From the NCBI GenBank assembly GCA_043228905.1, contig JBHGNT010000002.1, positions 28,210,001 through 28,274,000 on the forward strand: a stretch of 64,000 bases of DNA. The letters are read 5' to 3'. Position 1 is the stretch's first letter. Every line of letters begins with the position of its first letter. Both the position numbers and the translations under genes were made by a program. Shown one piece after another: positions 60,875-64,000 of the stretch. The stretch comes from Azolla caroliniana (Eukaryota; Plantae; Polypodiophyta). The notes beneath the pieces are model-generated. The model had not been told where the DNA came from. It saw only the letters and a list, made by a program, of their open reading frames with translations, and made no database searches.

Positions 60875-61687
60875 ATAGAGAATCAAGAAGGCTTGATCAA
60901 TTTCGACGAAATTTTAAGGGAATCCGATGCGATCATGGTGGCTCGGGGTGATCTCGGCATGGAAATACCGGTTGAGAAGATATTCCTGGCACAAAAGATG
61001 ATGATATACAAGTGCAATGCTGTGGGCAAGCCAGTCGTGACGGCCACACAAATGCTGGAGTCGATGATAAAGTCGCCTCGTCCAACACGTGCCGAAGCGA
61101 CTGACGTGGCAAATGCGGTGCTTGATGGGACTGACGCTGTCATGTTGAGCGGAGAGAGTGCTGCCGGGGCATACCCCGAATTGGCCGTGAAGACGATGGC
61201 CAAGATTTGTGCAGAAGCTGAAGCAGCCTTGGACTATGATGCAATATTTAAAGAAGTGATGAAGTCAGTCCCACTCCCAATGAGCCCCCTTGAAAGTGTT
61301 GCATCTTCTGCCGTCCGGACCGCTAATAAAGTGAGGGCCGCCCTTATCGTGGTCCTTACTAGAGGCGGAACAACTGCCAAATTGGTAGCAAAATATCGGC
61401 CCTCTGTCCCCATCGTGACCGTAGCCGTGCCCATCTTTACTACTGACAACTTAGCATTGGTTTGTAGTGATGAGTCACCGGCTAGGCAAAGTCTAGTCCA
61501 TCGGGGCCTTATACCACTTCTCGCGGAGGGCTCTGCGAGGTACTCCGATTTGGAATTCACGGATCGGATTCTTAAAGGGGCTTTGCGGACTGCGGTCTCA
61601 AGAAAGCTATGCAAGATGGGTGATGCAGTGGTGGCAATCCATAGGATAGGACCTTCTTCGGTTGTGAAGATCATGGAGGTCAAATAA
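60875..61687 (+). CDS. PK: Cytosolic pyruvate kinase, exon 3 (spliced protein 513 aa)
   Basis: CAG acceptor. IENQEG..IMVARGDLG..ATQMLESM..PTRAEATDVANAVLDG..MLSGESA. TAA stop. Confidence 0.95.
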   Translation: MENQEGLINFDEILRESDAIMVARGDLGMEIPVEKIFLAQKMMIYKCNAVGKPVVTATQMLESMIKSPRPTRAEATDVANAVLDGTDAVMLSGESAAGAYPELAVKTMAKICAEAEAALDYDAIFKEVMKSVPLPMSPLESVASSAVRTANKVRAALIVVLTRGGTTAKLVAKYRPSVPIVTVAVPIFTTDNLALVCSDESPARQSLVHRGLIPLLAEGSARYSDLEFTDRILKGALRTAVSRKLCKMGDAVVAIHRIGPSSVVKIMEVK

Positions 61688-63435
61688 ACTCATTGGAAAT
61701 GGACCCAATGTTTATTTATATGAATGCTTATGTTTCTACCTTGTCCTCAAACATGGTGTCATGAATAAAAAGCCTTTACCATCTTCCTATGCTGCCATAT
61801 TTTTTACCTTATTCAACCTCTTCCTTTTTGAAGCCTTCCTTATGTTTTCTCTTTAATGAGAAGGGACTGGAGGGTTCAACATTGATGAAGCCCTCTGTTT
61901 TTGTAAACTTGTAGGATTTAAGCTTTAACTCAAAGCAAAAATAAAATAAGGGTCATCTTGGTGATGAATGTATGCATAATTGTCAATGCCATTCTAGACT
62001 CTGGTCAAACAAGGTACTTGTATTGTTATATTATTGATACTGTATGAGCATTGTACAAACATAGTAGAGTCATATTATTGCATAGTAGACATGAAGCATT
62101 CATTGTATGAACATAGTGATGAATCATTAGTACCGATAATGTTGCAGTTACTGATTTACATTGAACATTGTCCAAACATATAAACTGAATTATTGTTATT
62201 AGTTACAACATTCAAAAGGTTGGCATTGTCCATGGTTATTAATGACCTCAACTTAGCAACTCAACAATAATATTATCAAATAGCATAAAACGATAGATAT
62301 AGTAGTAACGCACTAATCAAAGGCACACAAACCTTAGTGAGGCTGGACATCAATATTTTTGGTATTGAGGGGAGTACTTCAAACACTTGCCAAGCCCTTT
62401 GTTGCCTTTTAGTTAATATATTTTGTCTACAATGATGGTGACCTCCTTATCAAACTCACCTCTTTTTTCAAAACCAAGTGTAGTATACACACCCCCATTA
62501 TCGAGACTTGCCATAGCAACCTCTCACATTGGATTGAGTACCTCAACCACTTGGTTATGATATTTTTCTTGTTTATCCACATATTATGATCATTATCATC
62601 ACCTTAACTCATCGTTTTCAGATAACTCATGCATCAATGTATTTTTGAGATACCTTTCATCAACTTTCTTTGTATACAATAGCTGCTAGCTGCTAGTTGA
62701 ACAACGTTGGGGACACATTTTGTTTTTCTAAATATTATTAAGTAACAAAAGACTCACCCAAACTTATTGAAAGAGTGGATTTCTCAAGGATAAATGAAGG
62801 GATCAATCCATTGTATCTAGCATTTGAGCAAGGGGTTTGTCATGACTTCAATTTGACCTGTTCAAATTATCTCCTTGATGAAGTCACATGCTCACACATA
62901 AGTCATGCTTTCTCTCTTTTTCGTGTGTGTTGTGTGTATGTGTGCCTTTTATCTTCGAGTTCTTTATGCAAACTTTCTTTTTCTTGACTAAGTAATGGAG
63001 GGGTTTTAACTTTTAACGATCATTTCAAAATATTGACACTTTTAGATAGGACAAGCTTTTTTGTACAATAATTGAGGAGGATACGAGGCATAGATTCCTT
63101 GCATTTTGAATTAATTGCTTCGCCGTTTGGGCTATTGTGTCATAATTTAGGCATCGCTAACCAAGAAAACATTTGATTGCTCCAAAGGTTTTTCGCATAG
63201 GGAGCTATAGAATTAGAAGATTGTATGTGACACTAGCTTAAATATTGGTGTATGGGTTCAATTAGATTTTGAGAAATGGGTTATTTTCACAACACCTTAA
63301 GAGCAATAACATTCTCAAATTTGCAAGAAATAGGAGACTTTTTGCCAAAGTAGAAATTGACAATGTGAATCATATGGTAATCTTTAGGCATGGGAGGATG
63401 ACAGAGAAAGGGTTATTAAGAGATGGGGAATCATG

Positions 63436-63437
<2 letters not shown>

Positions 63438-63468
<31 letters not shown>
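63438..63468. repeat. (TG)n microsatellite
   Basis: Read directly from the sequence. Confidence 0.9.
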
Positions 63469-63469
<1 letters not shown>

Positions 63470-63498
63470 TATGTATTGATGGGTTGCCTCTTATGTCT

Positions 63499-63821
63499 TC
63501 TTTTAAATGTAAGGAGTTTTACCATTAGGGAAACAATTTGGATTTGGGAACATATAAGAGATCCATCCTGTTTTGCTTGTTATGCTACTGGAAGTAAGTT
63601 TCCTAAGGCTCAATAAAATTTTGATACTTATACACAAAAAGAAACAATTTCCTAAGGCTCTCTTTTAAATGTAAGGAGTTTTACCATTAGGGAAACAATT
63701 TGGATTTGGAACAGAAAAGAGATCCATCTTGTTTTGCTTGTTATGCTAATGGAAGTAAGTTTCCTAAGGCTCAATAAAATTTTGATACTTATACAAAGAA
63801 AGAAACAATTTCCTAAGGCTC
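63499..63821. repeat. Tandem duplication of ~162 bp
   Basis: tcttttaaatgtaaggagttttaccattagggaaacaatttgg starts at 63499 and 63661. Each copy has two tttcctaaggctc motifs. Confidence 0.9.
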
Positions 63822-64000
63822 AATATTCAGCTCTCTGTCACAAATCCAATTGCCCGATCTTTGGTTTCAATATAGAAAACAACTTAATTTTCTTCAAAGG
63901 TTTGATGGGATAGATCTTGTGCATGCATGGGCTGAAATCCAAAATGAATGTAGCTAGGTTCAAGTTTTCCCACGGTACACATTATTATAATTAAGGACCC

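Noticed and set aside
62250-63000. Possible decayed TE coding sequence
   Set aside because: No motif could be identified with confidence by eye.

Overview
Land-plant nuclear DNA, probably from a non-seed plant (inference from the TE types). Bases 1-46.5 kb are a nested retrotransposon island. It starts with a degenerate L1/Tx1-type LINE (1-4245), followed by a ~540-bp tandem repeat array broken up by LTR insertions. The island holds five two-LTR Ty1/Copia elements: family A = C1 4893-10213 and C5 26759-32153, each with an uninterrupted 1357-aa polyprotein; family B = C2 12159-16991, C3 17403-32348 and C4 33200-46522, all decayed. It also holds two family-A-like solo LTRs and three members of a Ty3/Gypsy group: autonomous-type G2 34354-41399, Gag-only G1 22063-25694 (both tRNA-Trp-primed) and a solo LTR 11492-12056. 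The right part is AT-rich and carries an intronless DUF538 gene, LINE 3' fragments, two hAT-type MITEs and a three-exon cytosolic pyruvate kinase gene. The most notable signals concern the Gypsy group: (1) every insertion has a 4-bp CpG-centred TSD; (2) G2 has a -1 frameshift cassette placed after the protease; (3) the Gag-only G1 carries a tRNA-like Pol III unit (A box, B box, T-run) antisense in both LTRs, reminiscent of Cassandra. In addition, four independent insertions cluster around a hairpin/poly-G site of the tandem repeat. All coordinates were read by eye and no database searches were run.
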